64,000 nucleotides of DNA from an uncultured virus (IMG/VR IMGVR_UViG_3300043086_000101) (IMGVR_UViG_3300043086_000101); one strand, 5' to 3'; shown: positions 16,356 through 26,310, counted from the stretch's first letter. A program made the numbers and translations. The notes: generated by a model from the sequence alone, not told the origin.

Positions 16356-18251
16356 TTGAAAAATTCATATAATGAAGATTCAATTCAAAAACTTGACCCA
16401 TTAAGCTTCACAAGACTTCGCCCTGATACGTATTGCGGGTCAACTGAAGATAGTACACAGCTTTGGCAAGAAATTGTACTTAATTGTACGGATGAATTTC
16501 TTGCTGGAAATTGTGATGAAGTAGTAATGACTATTGATGATAATAATGTAATTTCAGTTTCAGATAATGGTCAAGGTATTATTCCAAATGTAAAAAAAGA
16601 TGGAGATAGAACCATTCTTGAAATGGTTTATGGTGATATTAATACAAGTGGTAAGTATGATAAATCTGAAGATGCAGTATACAAGGTTTCAACTGGTGCA
16701 TTTGGCATCGGTAGCTCTCTAACTAATTTTCTTAGCCACTGGCTTATTGCCACGACCAAAAGAAATGGTGAATTTGAAACAGTTTATTTTAAAGAAGGAA
16801 AATTTGATAGACGTGAAAGTGGCGAGTGTGATAAAGATGAACATGGTGTAACTGTTACTTTTCGCCCCAGCGAAGAGTTCTTTAAAGACCCAAAGCCTAG
16901 TCGTTCAAAAATTAATGAAAATCTTCTTAATATTTCTTGTGTATGTAACGGACTTACTCTTTATTTTAACGGAAAGAAATTTTACAATCCAGATGGACTT
17001 TCTGACCTACTAAAGAGAAAAATTGGAAATGACATTCAAATTATTTCTACCCCGTTTGTTATGGATAAAGAAATTGGCAATCAAAGACTAGTTCTTGCTA
17101 TGTCTTTTGGTACTAAATCTACAACAGATTTTTATAGTTTTTGCAATTATTCTCCAATTGAAGCTGGAACACCAATATCTGCAATTAAATCTTGTATTAC
17201 GAGAACACTAAATAAATGGGGACAGGAGAATAAACTACTTAAAGAAAAAGAAACTTTGCCTGGTTCTGCTCTTCAGGAAGGAATATCAGTAGTTTTTAAT
17301 TTGATTTCTCCAAATATTAGATATGACTCACAAACGAAAGTACGAGTAACATCTACTGAAGATAATAGTTTTATTAATTCTGTATTAAGCGAAGAATTTG
17401 AACTTTGGTTAGACCAAAATCCAAAATTTGGTGAATCAATCATTGAATCTGCGCTCATAGCACGTAAGGCAGCTGAAGCTGCAAAGAAAGCTCGTGCAGC
17501 AGTTAAGAATAAAGCAGCTGAAAAGAAAGAAAAGGCATTTAAGATGCCTACTAAACTTACAGATTGTTGGACAAAAGATAGATCTAAGTGTGAACTATTT
17601 CTAGCAGAAGGTTTATCAGCAGCATCTGGTCTTGTAGAAGCTAGGTCTTCTGAGTTTCAAGCAATCTATGGACTTCGTGGAAAATGTCTATCTGTACTAA
17701 AAACAACTCCAGAAAAGATTTTAGCAAATCAAGAAATTAATAACTTGATTCAAGCTCTTGGTCTTGATTGCGATACCAAAACTGCAAAATTGACATATGA
17801 TAAAGATAAGCTTAGGTATGGAAAAATTATTGCTTCAGCTGATGCAGATTTTGATGGGTACGCAATCGAAAATTTGATTTTTAATATTCTGTGGTATCTA
17901 TGTCCAGAACTTATTATTAATGGTCATGTCTATTCTGCTGTTCCACCTCTATTTAGAGTGACAACAAAGAAGAATGAATATATTTATCTAAGAGATGCTA
18001 ACGCTCTTGAAGATTATAAGAAGGAACATGCAAATGAAATTGCAGTTATAGGCCGAATGAAGGGACTTGGTGAGCAAGATAGCGACGAGCTAAGTTATGC
18101 ACTTCTCGACCCAGAAACACGTCATATTGTTCAGCTTAAAGTAACAGATTTTGAAAAGACTGATGCTCTTTTTGAAGATTTATATGGTAAAAAAGTAGAA
18201 CCAAGAGTTAAGTTCCTGCTAGAGCATGGAGAGGAAGCAAACGTTGATTGA
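16356..18251 (+). CDS. gyrB: Type IIA DNA topoisomerase B subunit (GyrB/ParE)
   Basis: GHKL motifs (EIVLNCTDE, DNGQGI, GAFGIG), TOPRIM EGLSA, LRGK, DADFDG, PPLF, KGLGE. Confidence 0.92.
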   Translation: MKNSYNEDSIQKLDPLSFTRLRPDTYCGSTEDSTQLWQEIVLNCTDEFLAGNCDEVVMTIDDNNVISVSDNGQGIIPNVKKDGDRTILEMVYGDINTSGKYDKSEDAVYKVSTGAFGIGSSLTNFLSHWLIATTKRNGEFETVYFKEGKFDRRESGECDKDEHGVTVTFRPSEEFFKDPKPSRSKINENLLNISCVCNGLTLYFNGKKFYNPDGLSDLLKRKIGNDIQIISTPFVMDKEIGNQRLVLAMSFGTKSTTDFYSFCNYSPIEAGTPISAIKSCITRTLNKWGQENKLLKEKETLPGSALQEGISVVFNLISPNIRYDSQTKVRVTSTEDNSFINSVLSEEFELWLDQNPKFGESIIESALIARKAAEAAKKARAAVKNKAAEKKEKAFKMPTKLTDCWTKDRSKCELFLAEGLSAASGLVEARSSEFQAIYGLRGKCLSVLKTTPEKILANQEINNLIQALGLDCDTKTAKLTYDKDKLRYGKIIASADADFDGYAIENLIFNILWYLCPELIINGHVYSAVPPLFRVTTKKNEYIYLRDANALEDYKKEHANEIAVIGRMKGLGEQDSDELSYALLDPETRHIVQLKVTDFEKTDALFEDLYGKKVEPRVKFLLEHGEEANVD

Positions 18252-20364
18252 TGAAACTATTGATATTATTTCAGAACTAACTCAAAATTTTGTCGATAGC
18301 AGCTATGATACAAACTGTAACCGTGCTTTTCCAGATGTAAGGGATGGTCTTAAGCCAGGTATGCGGGCTTGCATTTATGAAATGTGGACTCGTAAATATA
18401 CTAGCAATAAGCCACATGTCAAGTCAGCAAAGATTAGTGGCGCAGTCTGTTCAGACTTATGGCCGCATGGTACTGCTGCTATTTATGAAACTTTTGTCCG
18501 CATGTCTCAGCCATTTACAAATAATCTTCCAGAAGTGGATTTTCATGGTGCTAATGGTAATATTATTCTTGGTGGAGATAGTTATGCCGCAGACCGATAT
18601 ACTGAAGCTAGGCTTTCAAAAATTACAGAAGAAGGTATGCTTGCGGGAATTGATAAGAATAATGTAGATATGATTCTGAATTTTTCAGAAGATGAATATT
18701 GGCCTAAAGTTCTTCCTGCTCTTTTTCCTCGTCTTTTGGTAAATGGAACCCAAGGCATCGGCGTTTCTATCGCGAATATATTTCTGCCGCATAATTTCCA
18801 AGAGACAACAGATGTAATTCTTAATTATATTAAGAGCGGTGAAATTGATGAAGATAATTATTTTCCTGACTTTCCAACTGGTGGTACGATTGTAAATAAA
18901 GATGAACTTTCTATTATCAATAAAACTGGCAAAGGTAAAGTTGTAGTAGAAGCTAATTATAAAATTTCTGGTAAAGAAATTAATTTCTATGAAATGCCAT
19001 ATCAAGTTTATATTGAGCCAGTAATTGAAGAAATTAAAAAGGCATATGAAGAAGATAAGCTGCCTGGGTTTAAAAATATCTCCAATAGGTGTGATAAGAA
19101 TAATATTTCTCTACTAGTAGAATGTGAACGTAATGCTGACCCGCAGAAGTTAGTCAATGCACTGTTTGAAAATACAAGTCTGCGGAAGCAGTATAATGCT
19201 AATCAAAATGGTATTATCAGTAAGACACCAGTTCTTCTTAATTTGCGGCAAATGATTGATGTCTATATTGACCATAATACTAATTGTATCAAACGTGAGC
19301 ATCAATTTGACTATGATAAAGCCATTGCCCGCATCCATATTCTAGAAGGACTCCTAATTGCTCTATCTAATATTGAAGATGTAATTGAAATTATTCGTCA
19401 TTCAGCTAATCCTTCCACAGAACTAACTAATAGATTCAATCTAGATGACATTCAAGTAAAAGCTATTCTAGATATGAAACTATCTCGTCTATCTAAGCTA
19501 GAAGAAGATAAGTTAATCCAAGAGAAAGAGGAGAAGGAAGATTTTGCGGCAAAATGTAAGAAGGTAGTTGAAAGTGAAGATGAACAGAAAAATATTCTAG
19601 TTGAACGACTTTCTAATCTTGCTAAGAAATATGGCACTCCTCGCCGCACTCAAGTAATTCAGAAAGATATTGTTAAGACTATTGGCTCAAAGAAGAAAAC
19701 AGAAGAGGTAGTTAAAGATATTGTTGTAGCTTTTAATCCTATTGGATATGTTCAGGCAATTCCTGTCACTCAATATCGTAATAATGGCTTTGATTCTTTT
19801 AAGACTACAACTAAAGATTTAATTCTGCTTTTCTCTAATCAAGGACGATTCTTCCGCATTAGTGGAAAGAATATTAAAGAGTGCGGGCCAAAGGATAAGG
19901 GAACTGCTATAGGCTCAATCATTAAACTTAATGAAGGCGAAAAGATTATTAATATTTCTTCTATGGATATTAATGATAAGCGACCTTATCTTCTTTTCAC
20001 AATTAATAATGGTATGATTAAGAAGATTGATAAAACAGAATTTATTGGCACTACCCGCAATCTAAATGGAATGATGGCATGTAAGCTAAAGGAAAATTCA
20101 TCTGTAGTGTCAATTAATGAAACTAATGGATGTATTGTAACTTTAGTAACCAAGAGCAACTATGTAATTTCTTTTGAAGCAGAAGATGTGCGGCTAGTAG
20201 GTCGTGCGGCTGCTGGTGTCAAGGGAATTAACTTGGGTGAGGATGATAAAGTAGTAGAATGTATTATTTCTGATTCTAATGCTTCTAAGGTTAAGACTAC
20301 TCTTGGAAATCTTGAAATCCATGTTCAGAAACGTGGCGGCAAAGGTAAGATTGTCAAGAAATAA
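18244..20364 (+). CDS. gyrA: Type IIA DNA topoisomerase A subunit (GyrA/ParC)
   Basis: RAFPDVRDGLKP, PHG, catalytic RYTEARL, PDFPTGG, short beta-pinwheel CTD; probable TTG start at 18244. Confidence 0.92.
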   Translation: MIDETIDIISELTQNFVDSSYDTNCNRAFPDVRDGLKPGMRACIYEMWTRKYTSNKPHVKSAKISGAVCSDLWPHGTAAIYETFVRMSQPFTNNLPEVDFHGANGNIILGGDSYAADRYTEARLSKITEEGMLAGIDKNNVDMILNFSEDEYWPKVLPALFPRLLVNGTQGIGVSIANIFLPHNFQETTDVILNYIKSGEIDEDNYFPDFPTGGTIVNKDELSIINKTGKGKVVVEANYKISGKEINFYEMPYQVYIEPVIEEIKKAYEEDKLPGFKNISNRCDKNNISLLVECERNADPQKLVNALFENTSLRKQYNANQNGIISKTPVLLNLRQMIDVYIDHNTNCIKREHQFDYDKAIARIHILEGLLIALSNIEDVIEIIRHSANPSTELTNRFNLDDIQVKAILDMKLSRLSKLEEDKLIQEKEEKEDFAAKCKKVVESEDEQKNILVERLSNLAKKYGTPRRTQVIQKDIVKTIGSKKKTEEVVKDIVVAFNPIGYVQAIPVTQYRNNGFDSFKTTTKDLILLFSNQGRFFRISGKNIKECGPKDKGTAIGSIIKLNEGEKIINISSMDINDKRPYLLFTINNGMIKKIDKTEFIGTTRNLNGMMACKLKENSSVVSINETNGCIVTLVTKSNYVISFEAEDVRLVGRAAAGVKGINLGEDDKVVECIISDSNASKVKTTLGNLEIHVQKRGGKGKIVKK

Positions 20365-20382
20365 TAAATAAAATAAAACTCC

Positions 20383-20411
20383 TTGACTCTTTTCTAAAAA
20401 TAATATATAAT
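20383..20411 (+). promoter_or_regulatory. sigma70-type promoter inside an RBS-occluding inverted repeat
   Basis: TTGACT-N17-TATAAT. Confidence 0.75.
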
Positions 20412-20447
20412 AATATTATAAAGTTAAGAGTTAAGGAGTTATTTTAT

Positions 20448-21497
20448 ATGCCAACTATTAGCTATACACATTCAGATGGATTTGAAATTTATTCTCCACA
20501 GCTTGTAGGAAAGCCATTTAAAAATTATGAGCAAGCTCTAAAGACTAATAAATGGATTGGTTCTATTAAGAAGGATGGATATTGGGAATCTATCTATAAA
20601 ATGAATGGTAAAGTTTATATGTTTGCTCGCAATGTGAGTAAGAAGACTGGGTTGCCTACTGAGAAGATTGACCATGTGCCGCACATCAAGGAATGGGCAG
20701 AAAAGTATCTACCTGATAATTCTATTATTGTGGCTGAAATATATTTGCCCAATGGTACTTCTAAGGATGTAACTACTATTCTTGGTTGTCTACAGCCAGA
20801 AGCAGTTACTCGCCAAGAGAAGAATGAAAAACTTCATCTATGGGTACATGATGTCCTCATGTGGGATGGATATAATTATGTAGAAAAGAAAGATGGTTAT
20901 GCACAACGATATGCTGACCTAGAAAAATATATTTCTCCTATCCGCACAGATGAAATTGAGCTAGCTACTTTCTATGATTCTGCTGATACAGATTTGCTTG
21001 AGAAAGCAGAAGAACTAATTGCAGATGGAGAAGAAGGAATGGTCATTCGAGCAAAAGACCAACCCTATAATCCTGGCACTCGTAGGCCAAAGGAAATGTT
21101 TAAAATTAAAAAGGAAATTGCTAGTGATATTGACCTAGTTGTGACTGCACTATTGGATCCAACATATTATTATGAAGGTAAAGAAGCAGATACATGGCCT
21201 TTCAAAGATGAAAAAGGTAATCTAATTACAAAAGCTGCCTTCTATGGATGGAAAAATGCTCTAGAGGTATCGGCATATGATACAAATGGTGAGCTAGTAA
21301 AAATTGGTCAAGTTGCCAGTGGTCTAACTGATATTATGCGGGAAGATATGGCTAAAAATCCGCACAATTATATAGGCAATGTTGTTCAGGTTAAGGCTAT
21401 GTCTTGGACTGATGATGGGGCATTGCGACATCCTATCTTTATTCAGATGCGGCCAGATAAGGATGCTTCTGAGTGTAAGCTTGAAGAACTTCGATAA
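20448..21497 (+). CDS. ATP-dependent DNA ligase
   Basis: KKDG motif I, AEIY, HDVL, EGMVIR, KIK, OB domain ending LRHPIFIQMRPDK. Confidence 0.9.
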   Translation: MPTISYTHSDGFEIYSPQLVGKPFKNYEQALKTNKWIGSIKKDGYWESIYKMNGKVYMFARNVSKKTGLPTEKIDHVPHIKEWAEKYLPDNSIIVAEIYLPNGTSKDVTTILGCLQPEAVTRQEKNEKLHLWVHDVLMWDGYNYVEKKDGYAQRYADLEKYISPIRTDEIELATFYDSADTDLLEKAEELIADGEEGMVIRAKDQPYNPGTRRPKEMFKIKKEIASDIDLVVTALLDPTYYYEGKEADTWPFKDEKGNLITKAAFYGWKNALEVSAYDTNGELVKIGQVASGLTDIMREDMAKNPHNYIGNVVQVKAMSWTDDGALRHPIFIQMRPDKDASECKLEELR

Positions 21498-21516
21498 AAA
21501 TTCTTCAAAATTATTA

Positions 21517-21545
21517 TTGACTAATATTAAATTATAATTTATAAT
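21517..21545 (+). promoter_or_regulatory. sigma70-type promoter
   Basis: TTGACT-N17-TATAAT. Confidence 0.75.
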
Positions 21546-21604
21546 AATATTAACAACAAAGTAAAAAGAGCAATAAAGCTCTATGAGACAAAAGGAGTTT
21601 TGAA

Positions 21605-21856
21605 ATGGCAAAGGCAATTCTTTCTGAGAACGCACAGGTTATTCTTTCTCACCTTCAGGATATGGGTGGCGAGCTTGAGACTGCTCCCATGATTGCTGAG
21701 GCTACGGGCATTAATGTAAAGTCCGTTAACGGTATCGCAACTGGTCTTGCTAAGCGTGGTCTTGTTACCCGTCTTGAGGTTGAGGGCATGGATAAGAAGG
21801 TTATTGCCCTTACTGATGCTGGTCGTGAGTTTGATCCACAGGCCATTGCAGAGTAA
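21605..21856 (+). CDS. Winged-helix DNA-binding protein
   Basis: TAPMIAEATGINVKSVNGIATGLAKRGLVTR...IALTDAG (MarR-like wHTH); own promoter and terminator. Confidence 0.8.
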   Translation: MAKAILSENAQVILSHLQDMGGELETAPMIAEATGINVKSVNGIATGLAKRGLVTRLEVEGMDKKVIALTDAGREFDPQAIAE

Positions 21857-21877
21857 TTAAAGATTCCATTTCAGATT

Positions 21878-21911
21878 AGGGAAGGAGAATAATATTCTTC
21901 TTCCCTTTTTT
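21878..21911 (+). terminator. Intrinsic terminator
   Basis: AGGGAAGGAGAAT/ATTCTTCTTCCCT stem plus T run. Confidence 0.8.
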
Positions 21912-21926
21912 ATTCTAAGGAGTATA

Positions 21927-22895
21927 ATGTATGCCATAATTATTACTTGCCTTGTATTAATCATAGTGGCTAGTATTGTATTCTACAAAATAGGAGAACA
22001 TAAAAAGGTTGTAATAGAATTTGAAAAATCTAATGCGGCCTTTGAGCAGGAAAAAGAAAAGCTTAAAAAAGATATTGATATTCTAAATCAATCTATTCAA
22101 GTTAAAAATCAAAATCTAAATCTTGCTCGACAAAGAATAGAAGAAATTAATCTTGAATATCAAGATAAGCGGCAAATGATTAATGATGCTTCAGACTTGG
22201 CCCGCAAAGAACATGAAGAAAAATCTGCCGCATATCAACAACAATATGAATCTTCTATTCTTCTATTGGATAAAGAATATAAAGAAAAAAATGACATATT
22301 AGATAATGAATATATTACTAAGAAAGAAAGCTATGATGCGGAAATTGAAACCTTAATTTCTCAGCTAAAATCTTTGCAGAATCAGAAGGCTGCGACTATT
22401 GAAGCACTAGAACGAGAGCAGGCTGTGCGGGAACAAGCTAATCTATATAGGCTTGATATATCTGAACAAGATAAACAAGATGTAAAATTTTTACAATCTA
22501 TTCAATATAGGATTAGTAAGCCACGAGTTGTTGCTATGCTAATTTGGCAAACATATTATCAACCAATAGCAAAGAAGAAATTTCCTCTTATTCTAGGCAC
22601 AGAAAAAGTGTGCGGCATTTATAAGATTACAAATATGGATAATCAAAAAGTATATATAGGTCAAGCAGTAGATATGCGGGAACGATGGCTACAACATTGT
22701 AAAAAAGGTTTAGGTATTGATACTCCGCAGAATAATAAACTATATGCGGCCATGCTACAAGATGGACTAGAGAATTTTACTTTTGAGCTATTGGAGTCTT
22801 GTGAACCTTCTGAACTAAATGAAAAAGAAAAGTATTATATTAATCTTTATAATGCTTGTGAATATGGATATAACCTTACATCTGGTAATAATTAA
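21927..22895 (+). CDS. Membrane-anchored coiled-coil protein with C-terminal GIY-YIG nuclease domain
   Basis: N-terminal TM helix, heptad-rich middle, GIYKITN...VYIGQA...RW..H...E..EKYYI...GYN. Confidence 0.85.
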   Translation: MYAIIITCLVLIIVASIVFYKIGEHKKVVIEFEKSNAAFEQEKEKLKKDIDILNQSIQVKNQNLNLARQRIEEINLEYQDKRQMINDASDLARKEHEEKSAAYQQQYESSILLLDKEYKEKNDILDNEYITKKESYDAEIETLISQLKSLQNQKAATIEALEREQAVREQANLYRLDISEQDKQDVKFLQSIQYRISKPRVVAMLIWQTYYQPIAKKKFPLILGTEKVCGIYKITNMDNQKVYIGQAVDMRERWLQHCKKGLGIDTPQNNKLYAAMLQDGLENFTFELLESCEPSELNEKEKYYINLYNACEYGYNLTSGNN

Positions 22896-22904
22896 GGAGG
22901 AATA

Positions 22905-23681
22905 TTGAATCCTGAATCAATTTTAGCTAAAATGACCTCTTCATTTTTAGCTAAGACTCAACGAGAAACTGGACAGATTTTTATGTTATCTATTCTCGCT
23001 GGATGTTTTATTGCACTAGGTGCCGCTTTTATGATTCTAATCAAGAGTGATGCTAACCTTAGTTTTGCAATTATGTCTCTACTATGCGGTTTAGCATTTA
23101 GTCTAGGCTTGTTTGCAATCCTAGGTACTGGCGGAGAACTATTTACTGGTAATTGTCTTATTTTTTCTGTAACAGATTATCCACTTGATCGCACTTCTTG
23201 TATATCACTTATTAAATATTTTGCTCTAGTTTGGGCTGGAAATTTTATAGGTTCTCTTGGAATTTCATTACTCCTATTCTTTTCTGGCTTTGGAGAGCTA
23301 AATGGAGGATTAGTAGGTCAAATTGCAATCACTGTTGCTGTTACTAAATATTCTTTGCCTATCGGACAAATGTTTGTGAGGTCGATTCTTTGTAATTTCT
23401 TGGTATGTCTTGCAGTATTTGTCGCTACTAATGCAAGTAATTTGATGGACAAATTTATTTCTGCTCTTCTTCCTGTTTCTGCATTTGTTGCATGTGCATT
23501 TGAACACTGTATTGCAAATCAAACGTTCTTTATCCTGGGTGGATTTCTTTCTGTCGGAGCAGGAGTTGAATTTAATATTGGACTGGCTATTTTGAATCTT
23601 ATTATTACTACTATTGGAAATATGATTGGTGGTGCTGTTCTATTTGCGGGAATGTTTTATATCGCCGCAAAGAAGAGTTAA
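22905..23681 (+). CDS. Formate/nitrite transporter (FNT family; FocA/NirC-like)
   Basis: About six TM helices; LAGCFIALG, GELFTGN, GNFIG, LCNFLVCLA, FEHCIAN, GNMIGG. Confidence 0.92.
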   Translation: MNPESILAKMTSSFLAKTQRETGQIFMLSILAGCFIALGAAFMILIKSDANLSFAIMSLLCGLAFSLGLFAILGTGGELFTGNCLIFSVTDYPLDRTSCISLIKYFALVWAGNFIGSLGISLLLFFSGFGELNGGLVGQIAITVAVTKYSLPIGQMFVRSILCNFLVCLAVFVATNASNLMDKFISALLPVSAFVACAFEHCIANQTFFILGGFLSVGAGVEFNIGLAILNLIITTIGNMIGGAVLFAGMFYIAAKKS

Positions 23682-23689
23682 AATAGTCC

Positions 23690-23718
23690 TTGACGAATAG
23701 ACTTTAATTTGATATAAT
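23690..23718 (+). promoter_or_regulatory. sigma70-type promoter
   Basis: TTGACG-N17-TATAAT with TG. Confidence 0.75.
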
Positions 23719-23760
23719 ATAATTATAGAAAATGAGGTCGAACCTTAAAGGAGAGATTAA

Positions 23761-24723
23761 GTGAAGCAAACTACGATTGAGATTCCAGAATTTCTAGATA
23801 TTGTTGAACTACTAGGAACTAAAGATGCATATTTAAATATGATTAAGCGAGATACAGACTGTAAGATGTCTGTTCGTGGCGATCAAATTGATGTTTTTGG
23901 TAGTGATATAGAAGTAGATAGAATTTGTGCAGTTTTTGACCGCATGATGCAAATTACAGCAGCGAAACAAGGTCTGACTACCACTGATGTTGCATTGTTT
24001 CTGAAACAAAGTCGTGAAGGCAGTATTTATATTCCAGAGGAAGATAACGTAATTCTTAAATATGGTAAAAAGGAAATCCGCACTAAGACGGCTGGACAGA
24101 CTCGCTATTTGCAATCTCTTCGAGATAATGATATTACAATTTGTACTGCACCTCCTGGCGCATCAAAGACTTTTACCGCTGTTGCATATGGTCTTAATAT
24201 GCTAATTAATCGAGAGATTGATAATATTATTATTACCCGTCCTCTTGTTGAAGCTGGCGGAGAAAAAATTGGTGCAGAGCCTGGTGATATGAATACTAAA
24301 CTCACTAATTGGATGCTACCTTGTCTTGATGTTTTTGAACGTGTTCTTGGTAAAGAGCAACTTCAATCTCATATTGATAAAGATAAAATTCGCATGATTG
24401 CACTTGGCCGGATGAGAGGTCTCAGCTTTTATCGCAGCTTTGTTATTGCAGATGAAATGCAAAATTCTTCAATCGTTCTCGCAAAACTAGTTGCAACTCG
24501 TATTGGTGAACAAAGTAAAATTTGTATTATTGGCGACCCAGCTCAGAAGGATAGCGATAGGCGTTCTGGTCTAGATTATCTAGAACATGCTTGTAAGAAT
24601 ATTGATGGTGTTGGCGTAGTTAAAATGGGTAACGAAGATGTAGTACGTCATCCAATTATTACTAAGCTACTTGATGCATTTGATAAAGAAGATAAACGAA
24701 TCAGCAACAGCGATCAATTTTAG
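23761..24723 (+). CDS. phoH: PhoH-family ATPase with N-terminal extension (bacterial YbeZ-like length)
   Basis: KTAGQ, APPGASKT, ITRPLVEAG, MRGLSF, DEMQN, TRIG, GDPAQ, DVVRHP. Confidence 0.9.
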   Translation: MKQTTIEIPEFLDIVELLGTKDAYLNMIKRDTDCKMSVRGDQIDVFGSDIEVDRICAVFDRMMQITAAKQGLTTTDVALFLKQSREGSIYIPEEDNVILKYGKKEIRTKTAGQTRYLQSLRDNDITICTAPPGASKTFTAVAYGLNMLINREIDNIIITRPLVEAGGEKIGAEPGDMNTKLTNWMLPCLDVFERVLGKEQLQSHIDKDKIRMIALGRMRGLSFYRSFVIADEMQNSSIVLAKLVATRIGEQSKICIIGDPAQKDSDRRSGLDYLEHACKNIDGVGVVKMGNEDVVRHPIITKLLDAFDKEDKRISNSDQF

Positions 24724-24732
24724 GAGTCTACA

Positions 24733-25614
24733 ATGCCTTCACGTAAATATAACGAAGGAGATTTAATAGGCCCGAATAATATTTTATTGCTTAAAAGACT
24801 TCCAAATGAGGGGCATAATACTTATGCATTGTTTAAATGTCCCTCATGCGGAAAGGAATTTAAATCTCAAATTTCTCCAGTCGTAAAAGGAATAGTAAAA
24901 AGTTGTGGATGCCAGCGGCATAATAAAGAAAATTTTCAAAAATATAAAGCAGGAGATTTAGTAGGTCCATATAATATTTTAATGGTAGAAAGAACAAAAA
25001 TAATACAAAATCATTCATACGGGAAGTTTATTTGCCCATATCACGATGATTCAAATCATATCTTTGAAACAAGAATTGAATCTGTTGTTTCTGGTCATAC
25101 TCGTAGTTGCGGATGTCAAACTTCTATGATAGATTATACTGGAACTAGATTTGGAAAACTTGTTGCTATAGAGCCAACTAGCTATAAGAATGGTACAAAT
25201 GTTTACTGGAAAATGCGGTGTGATTGCGGCAATATATGTTATGTTTCATCTGACCATATTAAAAATACTAAATCATGTGGATGTATAAGTTCAAAAGGAA
25301 ATTTAGCAATAAGAGAAATATTAAATGATCTAAATATCTTTTTTATTGCAGAATATAGGTTTAAAGATTGTAAAAACATCAATACGCTACCTTTTGATTT
25401 TTTCTTACCAGAACTTAATACTTGTATTGAGTACGATGGAGAACAACATTTTAATGCAATAGATGCATGGGGTGGAATAGAAAAGTTACAAAAACAACAA
25501 AATAATGATACCATTAAAAATAAATATTGTGAAAAAAATAATATAAAATTAATTAGGATACCTTACTATGATTTTGAACAATTAGATAACAATTATATAC
25601 TAAGGAGATTGTAA
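24733..25614 (+). CDS. Free-standing putative homing endonuclease (Cys-rich repeats plus Vsr/DUF559-like PD-(D/E)xK domain)
   Basis: Three repeats ending SCGC; LPFDFFLP...IEYDGEQHF...KNKYC...LIRIPY. Confidence 0.8.
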   Translation: MPSRKYNEGDLIGPNNILLLKRLPNEGHNTYALFKCPSCGKEFKSQISPVVKGIVKSCGCQRHNKENFQKYKAGDLVGPYNILMVERTKIIQNHSYGKFICPYHDDSNHIFETRIESVVSGHTRSCGCQTSMIDYTGTRFGKLVAIEPTSYKNGTNVYWKMRCDCGNICYVSSDHIKNTKSCGCISSKGNLAIREILNDLNIFFIAEYRFKDCKNINTLPFDFFLPELNTCIEYDGEQHFNAIDAWGGIEKLQKQQNNDTIKNKYCEKNNIKLIRIPYYDFEQLDNNYILRRL

Positions 25615-25616
25615 AG

Positions 25617-26303
25617 TTGGGTAAGATTACTATTCTAGATGAAACTACGAAGAATCCTATCACACTAGCTGGTCTAATGTCTGGTGTAGCATATGGTTCA
25701 GATATTACTAGCGATGCTAAGAACTATAAGCGAGGTCTAGAGTGCATTACATCTAATCATGGTCGTGTTCTTGAATTCCCGCAAGTATTCATGGAACTAG
25801 AGGACTATAGTATCAAGGCAGTTCGTGAAATGATGCGGCATGTTGGTGATGGACTTTCTGTAGTCCAAGAGTCAACACGATATGTTAAGTTTACAGAGAA
25901 GAATTTTAGTTATGTTACTCCTCCAAAGATTGCGGCGAATGAGGATGCACTAAAGCTATATCAAGATACTATGGCTACCATTGGAGAAAAATATCTAACT
26001 CTTATTGATGAATATAAGATTCCAAAGGAAGATGCATCTGCTCTACTTCCTCTAAATCTTACTACTCGTCTTTCAATGCGGAAAAATGCTCGTGACCTAC
26101 AGAATATGTATGCAATTCGTAGCTGTAGTCGTGCATATCATGAAATGCGAGATATGATGGATGACCTTGATGCCGCACTTCGTGCTTACTCAGAAGAGTG
26201 GAATACTCTTTGTGATATTATTTTTAAAACAAAGTGTGAAGTTTGCGGATATTGTACTGAAGCATATGGGTGTGGACGTTATCCTAAGCGAGAAGAGCTA
26301 TAA
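25617..26303 (+). CDS. thyX: FAD-dependent thymidylate synthase
   Basis: HGRVLEF, REMMRH...QESTRY, EDASALLP, R..SRAYHEMR. Confidence 0.9.
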   Translation: MGKITILDETTKNPITLAGLMSGVAYGSDITSDAKNYKRGLECITSNHGRVLEFPQVFMELEDYSIKAVREMMRHVGDGLSVVQESTRYVKFTEKNFSYVTPPKIAANEDALKLYQDTMATIGEKYLTLIDEYKIPKEDASALLPLNLTTRLSMRKNARDLQNMYAIRSCSRAYHEMRDMMDDLDAALRAYSEEWNTLCDIIFKTKCEVCGYCTEAYGCGRYPKREEL

Positions 26304-26310
26304 AAATAAT

